64,000 nt of DNA from positions 305,784,001 to 305,848,000 of the forward strand of contig OZ024740.1 in NCBI GenBank assembly GCA_964016885.1. Reading direction: 5' to 3'. The notes beneath the pieces were generated by a model. It was given only the letters and a program-made list of their open reading frames with translations, did no database searches and was not told the origin of the DNA. Of the stretch, positions 39,845 to 55,494 are shown piece by piece. The position numbers and the translations under genes were made by a program. This DNA comes from Eledone cirrhosa (lineage: Eukaryota). Numbering within the stretch: the stretch's first letter is position 1; each line of letters opens with the position of its first letter.

Positions 39845-42800
39845 CAACACCACTGCAAGCACCACTCCACCATCAACATCACTGCCTCACTACTATTACT
39901 CCACAACTACTACTATCACAACACCACTGCAAGCACCACTCCACCATCAACATCACTGCCTCACTACTATTACTCCACAACTACAACTATCACAACACCA
40001 CTGCAAGCACCACTCCACCATCAACATCACTGCCTCACTACTATTACTCCACAACTACTACTATCACAACACCACTGCAAGCACCACTCCACCATCAACA
40101 TCACTGCCTCACTACTATTACTCCACAACTACTACTATCACAACACCACTGCAGCCACCACTCCACCATCAACATCACTGCCTCACTACTATTACTCCAC
40201 AACTACTACTATTACAACACCACTGCAACCACCACTCCACCATGAACATCACAGCCTCACTACTATTACTCCACAACTACTACTATCACAACACCACTGC
40301 AACCACCACTCCACCATCAACACCACTGCCTCACTACTATTGCTCCACAACTACTACTATTACAACACCACTGCAAGCACCACTCCACCATGAACATCAC
40401 TCCCTCACTACTATTACTCCACAACTACTACTATCACAACACCACTGCAAGCACCACTCCACCATCAACATCACTGCCTCACTACTATTACTCCACAACT
40501 ACTACTATCACAACACCACTGCAGCCACCACTCCACCATCAACATCACTGCCTCACTACTATTACTCCACAAATACTACTATCACAACACCACTGCAAGC
40601 ACAACACCACTGCCTAACTACTATTACCCCACAACTACTACTATCACAACACCACTGCAAGCACCACTCCACCATCAACACCACTGCCTCACTACTATTA
40701 CTCCACAACTACTACTATCACAACACCACTGCAACCACCACTCCACCATCAACACCACTGCCTCACTACTATTGCTCCACAACTACTACTATTACAACAC
40801 CACTGCAAGCACCACTCCACCATGAACATCACTCCCTCACTACTATTACTCCACAACTACTACTATCACAACACCACTGCAAGCACCACTCCACCATCAA
40901 CATCACTGCCTCACTACTATTACTCCACAACTACTACTATCACAACACCACTGCAGCCACCACTCCACCATCAACATCACTGCCTCACTACTATTACTCC
41001 ACAAATACTACTATCACAACACCACTGCAAGCACAACACCACTGCCTAACTACTATTACCCCACAACTACTACTATCACAACACCACTGCAAGCACCACT
41101 CCACCATCAACACCACTGCCTCACTACTATTACTCCACAACTACTACTATCACAACACCACTGCAACCACCACTCCACCATCAACACCACTGCCTCACTA
41201 CTATTACTCCACAACTACTACTATCACAACACCACTGCAAGCACCACTCCACCATCAACATCACTGCCTCACTACTATTACTCCACAACTACTACTATCA
41301 CAACACCACTGCAAGCACCACTCCACCATCAACACCACTGCCTCACTACTATTACTCCACAACTACTACTATCACAACACCACTGCAACCACCACTCCAC
41401 CATCAACACCACTGCCTCACTACTATTACTCCACAACTACTACTATCACAACACCACTGCAAGCACCACTCCACCATCAACACCACTGCCTCACTACTAT
41501 TACTCCACAACTACTACTATCACAACACCACTGCAACCACCACTCCACCATCAACACCACTGCCTCACTACTATTACTCCACAACTACTACTATCACAAC
41601 ACCACTGCAAGCACCACTCCACCATCAACATCACTGCCTCACTACTATTACTCCACAACTACTACTATCACAACACCACTGCAAGCACCACTCCACCATC
41701 AACACCACTCCCTCACTACTATTACTCCACAACTACTACTATCACAACACCACTGCAACCACCACTCCACCATCAACACCACTGCCTCACTACTATTACT
41801 CCACAACTACTACTATCACAACACCACTGCAAGCACCACTCCACCATCAACATCACTGCCTCACTACTATTACTCCACAACTACTACTATCACAACACCA
41901 CTGCAAGCACCACTCCACCATCAACACCACTGCCTCACTACTATTACTCCACAACTACTACTATCACAACACCACTGCAAGCACCACTCCACCATCAACA
42001 TCACTGCCTCACTACTATTACTCCACAACTACTACTATCACAACACCACTGCAAGCACCACTCCACCATCAACATCACTGCCTCACTACTATTACTCCAC
42101 AACTACTACTATCACAACACCACTGCAACCACCACTCCACCATCAACACCACTGCCTCACTACTATTACTCCACAACTACTACTATCACAACACCACTGC
42201 AACCATCACTCCACCATCAACATCACTGCCTCACTACTATTACTGCACAACTACTACTATCACAACACCACTGCAAGCACCACTCCACCATCAACATCAC
42301 TGCCTCACTACTATTACTCCACAACTACTACTATCACAACACCACTGCAAGCACCACTCCACCATCAACACCACTGCCTCACTACTATTACTCCACAACT
42401 ACTACTATCACAACACCACTGCAACCACCACTCCACCATCAACACCACTGCCTCACTACTATTACTCCACAACTACTACTATCACAACACCACTGCAACC
42501 ACCACTCCACCATCAACACCACTCCCTCACTACTATTACTCCACAACTACTACTATCACAACACCACTGCAACCACCACTCCACCATCAACACCACTGCC
42601 TCACTACTATTACTCCACAACTACTACTATCACAACACCACTGCAACCACCACTCCACCATCAACACCACTCCCTCACTACTATTACTCCACAACTACTA
42701 CTATGACAACACCACTGCAACCACCACTCCACCATCAACATCACTGCCTCACTACTATTACTCCACAACTACTACTATCACAACACCACTGCAAGCACCA

Positions 42801-45800
42801 CTCCACCATCAACACCACTGCCTCACTACTATTACTACACAACTACTACTATCACAACACCACTGCAACCACCACTCCACCATCAACACCACTGCCTCAC
42901 TACTATTACTCCACAACTACTACTATCACAACACCACTGCAAGCACCACTCCACCATCAACACCACTGCCTCACTACTATTACTCCACAACTACTACTAT
43001 CACAACACCACTGCAACCACCACTCCACCATCAACACCACTGCCTCACTACTATTACTCCACAACTACTACTATCACGACACCACTGCAAGCACCACTCC
43101 ACCATCAACACCACTCCCTCACTACTATTACTCCACAACTACTACTATCACAACACCACTGCAAGCACCACTCCACCATCAACACCACTGCCTCACTACT
43201 ATTACTCCACAACTACTACTATTACAACACCACTGCAAGCACCACTCCACCATCAACACCACTGCCTCACTACTATTACTCCACAACTACTACTATCACA
43301 ACACCACTGCAAGCACCACTCCATCATCAACATCACTGCCTCACTACTATTGCTCCACAACTACTACTATCACAACACCACTGCAAGACCACTCCACCAT
43401 CAACACCACTCCCTCACTACTATTACTCCACAACTACTACTATTACAACACCACTGCAAGCACCACTCCACCATCAACATCACTGCCTCACTACTATTGC
43501 TCCACAACTACTACTATCACAACACCACTGCAACCACCACTCCACCATCAACATCACTGCCTCACTACTATTACTCCACAACTACTACTATCACAACACC
43601 ACTGCAAGCACCACTCCACCATCAACACCACTCCCTCACTACTATTACTCCACAACTACTACTATTACAACACCACTGCAAGCACCACTCCACCATCAAC
43701 ATCACTGCCTCACTACTATTACTCCACAACTACTACTATCACAACACCACTGCAACCACCACTCCACCATCAACACCACTGCATCACTACTATTGCTCCA
43801 CAACTACTACTATCACAACACCACTGCAAGCACCACTCCACCATCAACACCACTCCCTCACTACTATTACTCCACAATTACTACTATTACAACACCACTG
43901 CAAGCACCACTCCACCATCAACACCACTCCCTCACTACTATTACTCCACAACTACTACTATTACAACACCACTGCAACCACCACTCCACCATCAACACCA
44001 CTGCCTCACTACTATTACTCCACAACTACTACTATTACAACACCACTGCAACCACCACTCCACCATCAACATCACTGCCTCACTACTATTGCTCCACAAC
44101 TACTACTACCACAACACCACTGCAAGCACCACTCCACCATCAACACCACTGCCTCACTATTACTCCACAACTACTACTATTACAACACCACTGCAAGCAC
44201 CACTCCACCATCAACATCACTGCCTCACTACTATTGCACCACAACTACTACTACCACAACACCACTGCAAGCACCACTCCACCATCAACACCACTGCCTC
44301 ACTACTATTACTCCACAACTACTACTATCACAACACCACTGCAAGCACCACTCCACCATCAACATCACTGCCTCACTACTATTACTCCACAACTACTATC
44401 ACAACACCACTGCAACCACCACTCCACCATCAACACCACTGCCTCACTACTATTACTCCACAACTACTACTACCACAACACCACTGCAAGCACCACTCCA
44501 CCATCAACATCACTGCCTCACTACTATTACTCCACAACTACTACTATCACAACACCACTGCAAGCACCACTCCACCATCAACACCACTGCCTCACTACTA
44601 TTACTCCACAACTACTACTATCACAACACCACTGCAAGCACCACTCCACCATCAACACCACTGCCTCACTACTATTACTCCACAACTACTACTATCACAA
44701 CACCACTGCAACCACCACTCCACCATCAACACCACTGCCTCACTACTATTACTCCACAACTACTACTATGACAACACCACTGCAACCACCACTCCACCAT
44801 CAACACCACTGCCTCACTACTATTACTCCACAACTACTACTATCACAACACCACTGCAACCACCACTCCACCATCAACACCACTGCCTCACTACTATTAC
44901 TCCACAACTACTACTATCACAACACCACTGCAACCACCACTCCACCATCAACACCACTGCCTCACTACTATTACTCCACAACTACTACTACCACAACACC
45001 ACTGCAAGCACCACTCCACCATCAACACCACTGCCTCACTACTATTACTCCGCAACTACTACTATCACAACACCACTGCAACCACCACTCCACCATCAAC
45101 ACCACTGCCTCACTACTATTACTCCACAACTACTACTATCACAACACCACTGCAACCACCACTCCACCATCAACACCACTGCCTCACTACTATTACTCCA
45201 CAACTACTACTATCACAACACCACTGCAACCACCACTCCACCATCAACACCACTGCCTCACTACTATTACTCCACAACTACTACTACCACAACACCACTG
45301 CAACCACCACTCCACCATCAACACCACTGCCTCACTACTATTACTCCACAACTACTACTACCACAACACCACTGCAACCACCACTCCACCATCAACACCA
45401 CTGCCTCACTACTATTACTCCACAACTACTACTACCACAACACCACTGCAACCACCACTCCACCATCAACACCACTGCCTCACTACTATTACTCCACAAC
45501 TACTACTACCACAACACCACTGCAACCACCACTCCACCATCAACACCACTGCCTCACTACTATTACTCCACAACTACTACTACCACAACACCACTGCAAC
45601 CACCACTCCACCATCAACACCATTGCCTCACTACTATTACTCCACAACTACTACTACCACAACACCACTGCAACCACCACTCCACCATCAACACCATTGC
45701 CTCACTACTATTACTCCACAACTACTACTACCACAACACCACTGCAACCACCACTCCACCATCAACACCACTGCCTCACTACTATTGCTCCACAACTACT

Positions 45801-46722
45801 ACTACCACAACACCACTGCAACCACCACTCCACCATCAACACCACTGCCTCACTACTATTACTCCACAACTACTACTACCACAACACCACTGCAACCACC
45901 ACTCCACCATCAACACCACTGCCTCACTACTATTACTCCACAACTACTACTACCACAACACCACTGCAACCACCACTCCACCATCAACACCATTGCCTCA
46001 CTACTATTACTCCACAACTACTACTACCACAACACCACTGCAACCACCACTCCACCATCAACACCACTGCCTCACTACTATTACTCCACAACTACTACTA
46101 CCACAACACCACTGCAACCACCACTCCACCATCAACACCACTGCCTCACTACTATTACTCCACAACTACTACTACCACAACACCACTGCAACCACCACTC
46201 CACCATCAACACCACTGCCTCACTACTATTACTCCACAACTACTACTACCACAACACCACTGCAACCACCACTCCACCATCAACACCATTGCCTCACTAC
46301 TATTACTCCACAACTACTACTACCACAACACCACTGCAACCACCACTCCACCATCAACACCATTGCCTCACTACTATTACTCCACAACTACTACTACCAC
46401 AACACCACTGCAACCACCACTCCACCATCAACACCACTGCCTCACTACTATTGCTCCACAACTACTACTACCACAACACCACTGCAACCACCACTCCACC
46501 ATCAACACCACTGCCTCACTACTATTGCTCCACAACTACTACTACCACAACACCACTGCAACCACCACTCCACCATCAACACCACTGCCTCACTACTATT
46601 GCTCCACAACTACTACTATCACAACACCACTGCAACCACCACTCCACCATCAACACCACTGCCTCACTACTATTACTCCACAACTACTACTACCACAACA
46701 CCACTGCAAGCACCACTCCACC
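39845..46722. repeat. Tandem array of about 93 copies of a 74-bp unit (caacaccactgcaa(g/c)caccactccaccatcaaca(t/c)cactgcctcactactattactccacaactactacta(t/c)ca)
   Basis: Unit starts at 39845 and 39919. The translated repeat period of 74 aa equals 3 units. Confidence 0.97.
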
Positions 46723-46739
46723 GTTCACATCATCATTAT

Positions 46740-47465
46740 GTACTAACAAAATAACAATAACACCAACAACACCCCCACAATTACCCTGACGACGACATAC
46801 CCCGCAGCCACCGCCACCACATCATCCCTAACACCACAATCACCATCCCCCACCATCGACACAACCACCTCCATTCCCTCTACAACCGCCGTCACTGCCA
46901 CCACTATCCCTATCATCACAGTCACCATCATCATCATCACCATCATCACCACCATCATCACCATCACCACCATCATCACCATCACATACACCACCATTCT
47001 TACAATCACAGCAACCACTACCATCACCATCACCACCACCACCATCCCAGCCACCACCATCCCTAACGTCACAGCCACCACCATCATTAACATCACAGCC
47101 ACCACCAACACCATCACCACCACCACCACCACCACCACCATCACAGCCACCACCACCACCCCTACCATCACAGCCACCACCATCATTAACATCACAGCCA
47201 CCACCAACACCATCACCACCACCACCACCAACACCACCATCACAGCCACCACCACCACCCCTACCATCACAGCCACCACCATCCCCAACATCACAGCCAC
47301 CATTAACACCATCACCACCAACACAGCCCCCCCCCCTCCCCCACTATCACAGCCTTTACCATTACTCTATCATAACAATTACTACTAATACCACCACCAC
47401 CACCACCACCACTATACCACCACCACCATACCACCACCACCACCACCACTAACCCCACCACTACC
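46740..47465. repeat. Degenerate (CAC/CAT)n low-complexity tract
   Basis: Visible triplet repeat with small internal duplications. Confidence 0.85.
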
Positions 47466-47708
47466 GCTACCAAAAACTAGGACAACAGTCTATCGTTATT
47501 CGCAAACTGACTTGCAGGAGTTTATATCTATTGGAGATAAAAAAAAAATACCCTAAACATACAAAAAAACATACATCGACCGGCTTCTTTAGGCTCACTT
47601 GATAACAATATTTTAATTGGTACGTAACGGAAAAACGTCGTGAGCCGGCGGACAGAGGCTCCCACTTGCAGTTTGTGTCGTCTGTTTTTATATCGTCTGT
47701 TTTTGCAC

Positions 47709-47739
<31 letters not shown>

Positions 47740-48051
47740 TCGGACCAATTGTTGTATTGTTATAGAAACAGCTCGAAGTCAGAGAGAGAGAACTAATCTT
47801 GTGTATGTGTGTGTGTATATAATGGAGAGAGAAAGAGAGAAGTGAGAGAGAGGGGGGGGGGGGGGGGGGGAGAAGAAGAAAAAAGATGCAATATGATGTT
47901 TGAGAAGAAGACCGACTTGCGCTAGCATATAACACTGCTTTGCCTTGCTCTAAACCTAACCTCGCTACTTGATTCGTTCTATCTTACACAGATGGCAAGG
48001 ACTACATGCTCCTTCAAGAGACCAGAATCAGTGTGAACACACACACACACA

Positions 48052-48097
<46 letters not shown>

Positions 48098-48203
48098 CAC
48101 ACAAATTCGCACATACAGTGTATATGTATATGTGCGCTTGTGTGTCTGAATGTGAAAAAACATTTACAAATACATATATATATATATATACATATACATA
48201 TAC

Positions 48204-48242
<39 letters not shown>

Positions 48243-48244
<2 letters not shown>

Positions 48245-48495
48245 TTAAAACAATGAAAAAAAAAATCAAGTCATTAGAGATATACTTCACTGCTTTACGA
48301 TCGTTTCTAGGTGATGATAATACATTGTAGCTATACTCCGTTATTGATGTATGTAAGGTTTCTGATATTTTGTAACTAACCTTACATAGATCAATAACGG
48401 AGTATAGCTACAATGTATTATCATCACCTAGAAACGATCGTAAAGCAATGAAGTATATCTCTAATGACTTGATTTTTTATTCCATTGTTTTAACT
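48243..48495. repeat. Fold-back inverted repeat, arms of about 118 bp
   Basis: 48243-48360 vs 48378-48495. Its unpaired tail resembles the reverse complement of 9970-10110. Confidence 0.85.
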
Positions 48496-49059
48496 CATAT
48501 CATGACTCTGTTTTCCTTTTAATGTTTTATTGTTTTCCGGGATTTATCTTAACCTACAACATTTTCAACATATGGATTACATCGAGTTCTTCATGCAGAA
48601 TAGACCCCACAACTTACTGTGGATACCTCTGTATATATATATATATATATGGCAAGTAAGTATGTTTTGAAACATTGAGCGAGTTTGAAATTAGAAAATA
48701 TATAGCTTTCACCGTATTTTTGACTAAAGGAATTTTAGCTTGATAATGGGGTTTAGAACCCTCAGATATATATATATATATATACATATATACGTGTGTG
48801 TGTGTGTGTGTATGTGCGTGTGTATGCGCGTGTGTGCGCGTGCGTGTGAGTGCGCGTTCTGGTGGGGGTGGACATTTTCAAAAGAGAACAGAAAATGTTA
48901 AAGAGCCTTGAAGACTGCAGTGGGGGTGGGGGGTCACTGAAGAGGGGCAGTAGAATCGTGGAGAGTTGAGAAATAGAGAGACTGTGGTAGAGTATGATAA
49001 GAGGGGGGAAAAGAAAGAGAGAGAGAGAGAGAGAGAGTGTGTGTGTGTGTGAGAGAGAG

Positions 49060-49136
<77 letters not shown>

Positions 49137-49199
49137 GGGGAGAGAGATATATAGAAAGAGAGCAGAATATGCCGAGGATGGGGGATTAATAATAAAAAT

Positions 49200-49392
49200 A
49201 ATGATTTCTACCATAAGCACAAAGCCAGCAATTTTTAGGGAGGGGGAAGTTGATTAAATCAACTCCAGTGCATTACCGGTACTTTACTTATTGACCCCGT
49301 AAGGATGAAAGGCAAAACTAACCTCGGCGGGATTTGAACTCGCAACTATATGCTGCAAAGCATGTGGTCCGACACCCTACCGATACTGCCAA
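49200..49392 (-). mobile_element. tRNA-SINE copy
   Basis: Same family as 1435-1857. Confidence 0.8.
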
Positions 49393-49966
49393 AATAACAA
49401 TAATAACAATAATTGCTTCATTCATTGACCACAGAGGATCACATATAGGGGACAAAAGAAAGTGGGGGGGGGGGGTTTACATAAATCTAATAAGATACAA
49501 AAACAATTAACAAAAAATATAAACAACAGAATTCCACAATAGGGGTGATAACCACCCAGGGGCGACTTATGTACCCTACCAGCAGACTTATATTCTAATT
49601 GCCAGTCGTAATTTAGGAGTTACGTGGCACTGATTGCTTCCAGTTTTCTGAAGGAGGATGTGTGATTGTTAAACTCCGCCTTTCATTGACCTTCTTACGT
49701 ACCAATATAGCATTTTTGACTGGTAGTGCTATTCGGGTTGATGGATCTAACTCCTGTGTCATAAACAGCTTCTGTCTTGTAGGATCCATTTGGGTGACAC
49801 ATAGCACCGTCCCTACAGCAACAACCTGCTTCGCTAGATGGTTTAGCATTATGCAAAATTATATTTTTCATGTTAGGAGTAGAACTAAAACTAACCTTCA
49901 GATTATATCTGTTAAACAGTTTCCGACATTTATGGTTAGTAAAGAAGTGCTTGTCTCATGAAAGAG

Positions 49967-50142
49967 CTGTATTAGCCTTGTGCTTATCCCAGGAAAGACT
50001 GTATTAGCCTTGTGTTTATCCCAGGAAAGACTGTATTAGCCTTGTGCTTATCCCAGGAAAGACTGTATTAGCCTTGTGTTTATCCCAGGAAAGACTCGTA
50101 TTAACCTTGTGCTTATCCCAGGAAAGACTTAACTGTATTAGC
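49967..50142. repeat. About 5 copies of a 32-bp tandem repeat ctgtattagccttgtg(c/t)ttatcccaggaaaga
   Basis: Units start at 49967, 49999, 50031, 50063 and 50095. Confidence 0.9.
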
Positions 50143-50768
50143 TTTGGCATTTAACGAGTGCGTGTGTGAATCAGATGATATTCTGACGCCTTTTTATGAA
50201 TTGAGCATCACATCAATTTAGCAACCATCACATGAACCTAGCGACTAACACATTAACCTAGAAACCAATGCCTCAACCTAGCAGTTATCACATCAATATA
50301 ACCACCACATCAATTTATCAATTATCATATCAATACAATAACGGTAGCATTATCTTAACAAGAATCCCATCAATATAGAAACCACTACATCACTAAGTAA
50401 CCATCACATCAATTTAAAAGGAGAGTGTCATAACAATGAGATCTTTAATTATCACATAGATTATCGCATAGATCCAGCTATTATATCTTCAATTACCGTT
50501 GAAATAATCCGATCAATCTACTCCTGGATAGAATATCGGAAGGTAGCTTTTCCTGCAGAGGTATTGAACTCGACAATGCAAGTTAATTGACATATATATT
50601 TCTTTATCTCTTCCTCAACAGTAGATGTTACTTTTAGCTAAATCTACTCATTAAGTTACCGTCTTTGTCTAAAAACCAAACGAGACATTTAAACTATGGG
50701 ATATTCAATCACCATATAATCTAACAAATATGTTATCTAAATATATAGAGATTTATTATTATCATTAT

Positions 50769-50985
50769 TGGATTGGCAGTATCAGTAGGGAGTCGGACGC
50801 CATGCTTTGCAGCATAGAGTGATGGCCCTTTACGCTCTGAGTTCAAATCCCGCCGAGATTAGCTTTTGCCTTTCATCCTTACATGGTCGATAAAATAAAG
50901 TACCAGTTACGCACTGGGGTCGATTTAATCGACTTTTCCCCTTCCCTTCAAAGGGCTTTGTGCCTATATTATTATTATTATTAGG
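50769..50985 (+). mobile_element. tRNA-SINE copy
   Basis: ggattggcagtatcagtagggagtcggacgcc..ctgagttcaaatcccgccgag..(TTA)n tail. Confidence 0.85.
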
Positions 50986-51009
50986 CTTTGTGCCCATATT
51001 ATTATTATT

Positions 51010-51700
51010 ATTTGACTATTTATCACAACCAACTTTGATGTTATTTTGGGCCGGTTATTTTAGGCAATACTGGGCTACAACTAGTAACCTAGGGTCACTC
51101 AAGTTTCTCATATCATTCCTTGTCACTTTACTATTGCTGGTAGACCAGAACCTTTCCCACTATTCGGGCTGTTCCCAGTAAGCATGACTTTTGGAGTGGT
51201 TAAATTTCTTGTGCAAAGTCTATTTTCAACAGGTAGTTTATAAGGTCCTTTGTCACCAGGTCAAGAGTACCAATCACCACTGGAAAAATGGTAACTTTCT
51301 TCACTTCATCACTCCAGCATTTCAAGATCTTATACTTTAAGTCAGTATAAGCCCTTACTTTCTCCTTTCATTCAATTCTGGTGTCAAAAGGGCACACTCC
51401 ATCTATGAGGGTACAGTTTCTTTCCTTCTCAATTAAAACAATATCTGGTCTGTTGTGTTCAATCTTCATCTCGGTCTGAATTGGGAAGTCCCATAAGATC
51501 TTTATCTTATCATTCTCTAGCACTCTCATCTCATTTGTGACATATTCATAGGTTTCTACTGCACATGGAAATCCGTACTTTGTACACAAGCCCCAGTGCA
51601 ACATGATAGCCACCTTACCATGTCTGCCTTTTTATAATCCTTTTGGGATAACTGCTTACATTCTGAGACGATATGGGCAACTGTCTCTGCATTCAGCTTG
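51010..51700 (-). mobile_element. Degraded R4/Dong-like 3' fragment with a (TAA)n tail
   Basis: AETVAHIVSECKQL..LHWGLC..KILWDFPIQT..HNRPDIVLI..LIDGVCPFD; (TTA)n at about 50998-51012. Confidence 0.75.
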
Positions 51701-52504
51701 AATATAAGAAATATAGTCTCAAATATAAGAACAGTCACATATTCACGTGATATGGAAATGGACATTCTTATTATACATTAGGGACGCAAAGGAAGTGAAA
51801 TTGCTACAGCTGGGCCTTCAAGTCAACTATCTTGAAATTTATCACTCTATTCTACATGTCATTCTGATATTATCGGTGAAACCTGTACAAAGGACAGTTA
51901 TTCATACCGAAGCCCAATTTAGATGTGTCTTACATATTGCTTTATACTCAGATATATATCATTATTCCACTCTCATTTAAAGATATCACATAATTTCCGG
52001 CGCACACCATCTAGCAGAACTGATCAGTTAAAAAAATGATTGGTGCAGTCGATACATCCGCTATAGATATATCCATTATCATACTAACTTGTTCGTGATA
52101 GATGATAATTCATCAAGATTTTACCTTCTTCGGCTTCTGTGTTTGTTTTTCATTAAAATGGAATTTTGTTACTTTCTGCTGCCTACTTGCAGGAATACCG
52201 ATAATTACAGAAATGTGTAGAGTCAGAGTGTATCTGTTTGTTTTATCGACCGTCGCTAGGGGGCGCCATGCAGAGACACACAAGCAATGAATACGTATAT
52301 GTTATGATATATATGTATGACTATAGGCTTGTATGTCTGGCCGTATGTCAGTATATATACGTGTATGTATGTACGTATGTATGTATGTATGTATGTATGT
52401 ATGTATGTATGTATGTATGTATGTATGTATGTATGTATGTATGTATGTATGTATGTATGTATGTATGAATGTATGTATGCATGCACATAAGCCATATGTG
52501 TATA

Positions 52505-52622
<118 letters not shown>

Positions 52623-52767
52623 TTCTACTCTAATACGATATTAAGTATTTTTTTTGTTTGCATTTCACCCCAGGGTGCATCTATAACTATACATAAGCAC
52701 ACAGAAATACATACACATAAAAACATAAAAACACACGCATATGTATATGTATATATATATGCATATG

Positions 52768-52814
<47 letters not shown>

Positions 52815-52897
52815 AAAAGGTAAACAGAAATAACAACTCAATCGGTACAGTTTATGGAAGGAATATATTAGGTTAACGCTTAATAGCAGGAAGAAGG

Positions 52898-52933
52898 TCA
52901 TGACGTTTCAGACGCTAGTCCTTCATCAGAAGA
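52898..52933 (-). ncRNA. Minimal hammerhead motif
   Basis: Minus strand tctt-CTGATGA-a-ggac-tagc-gtct-GAAAC-GTC-atga, with one stem I mismatch. Confidence 0.6.
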
Positions 52934-53034
52934 AAGAATGAGAAATAAAATAGATTGAGGGGTCGGGCGGGATGGAATTGGAAAAATGATTTTAGAGAAA
53001 AATGACAGGTCCAAAAGAATGTAATTAGATATGC

Positions 53035-53092
<58 letters not shown>

Positions 53093-53138
53093 ACTCGATT
53101 AGTACCTGCTATATGGGGGCTACAACTTTTTCATATTC

Positions 53139-53171
<33 letters not shown>

Positions 53172-53445
53172 AATATAGAGGGAGAGGGAGAGAGAAATAG
53201 AGAGAGGGGGAGAGAGAGAGAGAAAGAGAGAGATATAGATAGATAGATAGAAAGAGAAAGAGAGAGAGTGAGAGAGAGAGGGAGAGAGAGAAATAGAGAG
53301 AGGGGGAGAGAGAGAGAAAGAGAGAGATATAGATAGATAGAAAGAGAAAGAGAGAGAGAGAGAGAGGGGGGGGGAGAGAGAAATATAGAGGGAGGGGGAG
53401 AGAGAAATATAGAGGGAGGGGAGAGAGAAATAGAGAGAGGGGGAG

Positions 53446-53476
<31 letters not shown>

Positions 53477-54010
53477 AAGAGAAAGAGAGAAAGAGAGGGA
53501 GAGAGAGAGAGAGAGAGGGATAGAGAGAGAGAGAGAGAGGGAGAGAGAGAGAGAGAAATATAGAGGGAGGGGGAGAGAGAAATATAGAGGGAGGGGGAGA
53601 GAGGTAGAGATAGATAGATAGATAGATAGAGGGAGAGAGAGAGAGGGAAGTAAAATCCCAACCGCGGCAGCGCCAAGCTGTTTCGGCTTGAGTGTTCAGC
53701 AACCCTTTTCGGGAATGTCACTTATCTCTGTTCCCTCTCTGCATCTCCCCATGCATTAATTAGTGGTCCCAGTGCCGCAGACGCCTCTCTCACTCTCACT
53801 CTCACTCTTACTCACACACACACTCGCTCTGTCGCTCTCTCGCTCTCCCTTTCTCTCTCTCTGTCATTTACCCATTCCCACTCTCTCTCTATATATAAAA
53901 TACGAGAAGATGTTTTCATGCAAACTTTATCAGATTGCTCTTAGGATGAATGTGACATCAAATTGCGCTAAACTTGGAAGTGTAATATCAATATGTTGGA
54001 CAATATAGAG

Positions 54011-54230
54011 AAGGCATGTCAAACATGCGCCCTTTACAAGCCGCATGCGGCCCTTTACAAGCACACCCACGGCCTGCACAAAGGATTTTACAGCGCGAGC
54101 ATGTTATATCTTCTTAATATGAAATGAAAACAAAAGTTTGATTTGTGCACAATTAGTTGTCGTGGGTGGCCCTTAAACAACACATATGTGACCCATGTGG
54201 TCCTCGGGGACCCTCAGTTTGACATGCCTA
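54011..54230. mobile_element. hAT (Charlie-type) MITE
   Basis: TIRs aggcatgtcaaac / gtttgacatgcct and an 8-bp TSD atatagag at 54003-54010 and 54231-54238. Confidence 0.85.
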
Positions 54231-54620
54231 ATATAGAGGAAATGACGACTGGAAATAGATTCGGTTCTTCTATTAAATTAAACATATATTTTACTCTTGC
54301 TAAAATATATATATTTACTTTAATATAGAAATTACATGAATCAAAGTTCTGTTCAAACCATTTATTAGCTTACAATTGTTTGTTCCAAACCGAGGTTTGG
54401 AGTCTTCGGAGCAATTTTTCAATGATTGATTACATACACTATAAAAGGTTTTAGTATATACATAACCATAAATAGTATCCTTAATACTATATTTACTTTA
54501 ATGCATGTGCCTAGTTTATTTTCTGTCGTCGTTTTCTCAATATGTATCCCCCCCCCCCCACACACACACTCACACATACATTCACACACATACACACACA
54601 TACACACACACATACACACA

Positions 54621-54663
<43 letters not shown>

Positions 54664-55011
54664 ACACTTTGGGGGAGTCATGCTGCTAATAAAAACACAT
54701 GCACCTGTTGGTTTTCACTTCAATTTATTATAAATTTCCGGTTGGTTGGTTGGATAACTGGATGGTTGTTTATATATCGTCAAAGCTCTTTCGTCACACA
54801 TTCTGTGACCTCCTCAATGAATAGGTTTTTTTAAATTTTGTGTCTCTCCTTTGTTCTGTCCTACACCATCTTGTTTTTGTGTTTTGTGTGTTATGTGCTT
54901 AGTTTGCGCATGCGTTACATCCTGGTATGCGTGTGCGCGTGTTTTTATTTTTTTATTTATGTGTTTATTTACTTGTCACTAGTTGGTTGTTTGTTCTCTC
55001 TCTATATATGT

Positions 55012-55290
55012 GGGAAGGAGCGTGGCTTTGAGGTTAGAGAATTCGGCTCACAATCGTAAAGTCGTGAGTTCGATTCCCTTGAGCAAGAAACGTTATTACA
55101 CGTTGCTCCAGTCTACTCAGCTGGCAAAAATGAGTTGTACCTCTAATTCTATGTTACACTGAATTTCCCCGAGAACTACGTTAAAGGTACACGTGTTTGT
55201 GGAATGCTCAGCACGTTACTTTCACGAGAAGACTGTTTAGTTGATGGTATCAACAGGGATGCTCGTTGTCGTAACCGACGGAGTACCACT
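55012..55290 (+). mobile_element. Different tRNA-derived SINE family
   Basis: Head gcgtggctttgaggttagag..gtgagttcgattccc (A/B boxes), followed by ttgagcaag..ttgctccagtctactcagct..aaaatgagt. Confidence 0.65.
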
Positions 55291-55494
55291 GATATATATA
55301 CACATATATATAGGACAGAACATGTCCAAATGGTTAGGTAGTTCGCTTATCAGATCTAAGATTCGATCCCACTATGTGGCATCTTAGACAAGTGTTATTT
55401 ACCCTAGCCTCAAGTTAATCTAAGCCTTGTGAGTGAAATTGAGTATGTGTTTTAGATGACTATCGTCATCCTTTTGTTCTAGCGGTATATATAT

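Noticed and set aside
39822-46789. 1649-, 1347- and 998-aa ORFs resembling a mucin-like or His/Thr-rich protein
   Set aside because: The unit is 74 bp (not a multiple of 3), all three plus frames give the same cyclic peptide, and stops are absent only because the strand is nearly G-free.
50769-50860. tRNA genes at A/B-box motifs
   Set aside because: These are SINE heads with no complete cloverleaf, followed by a SINE body and tail.
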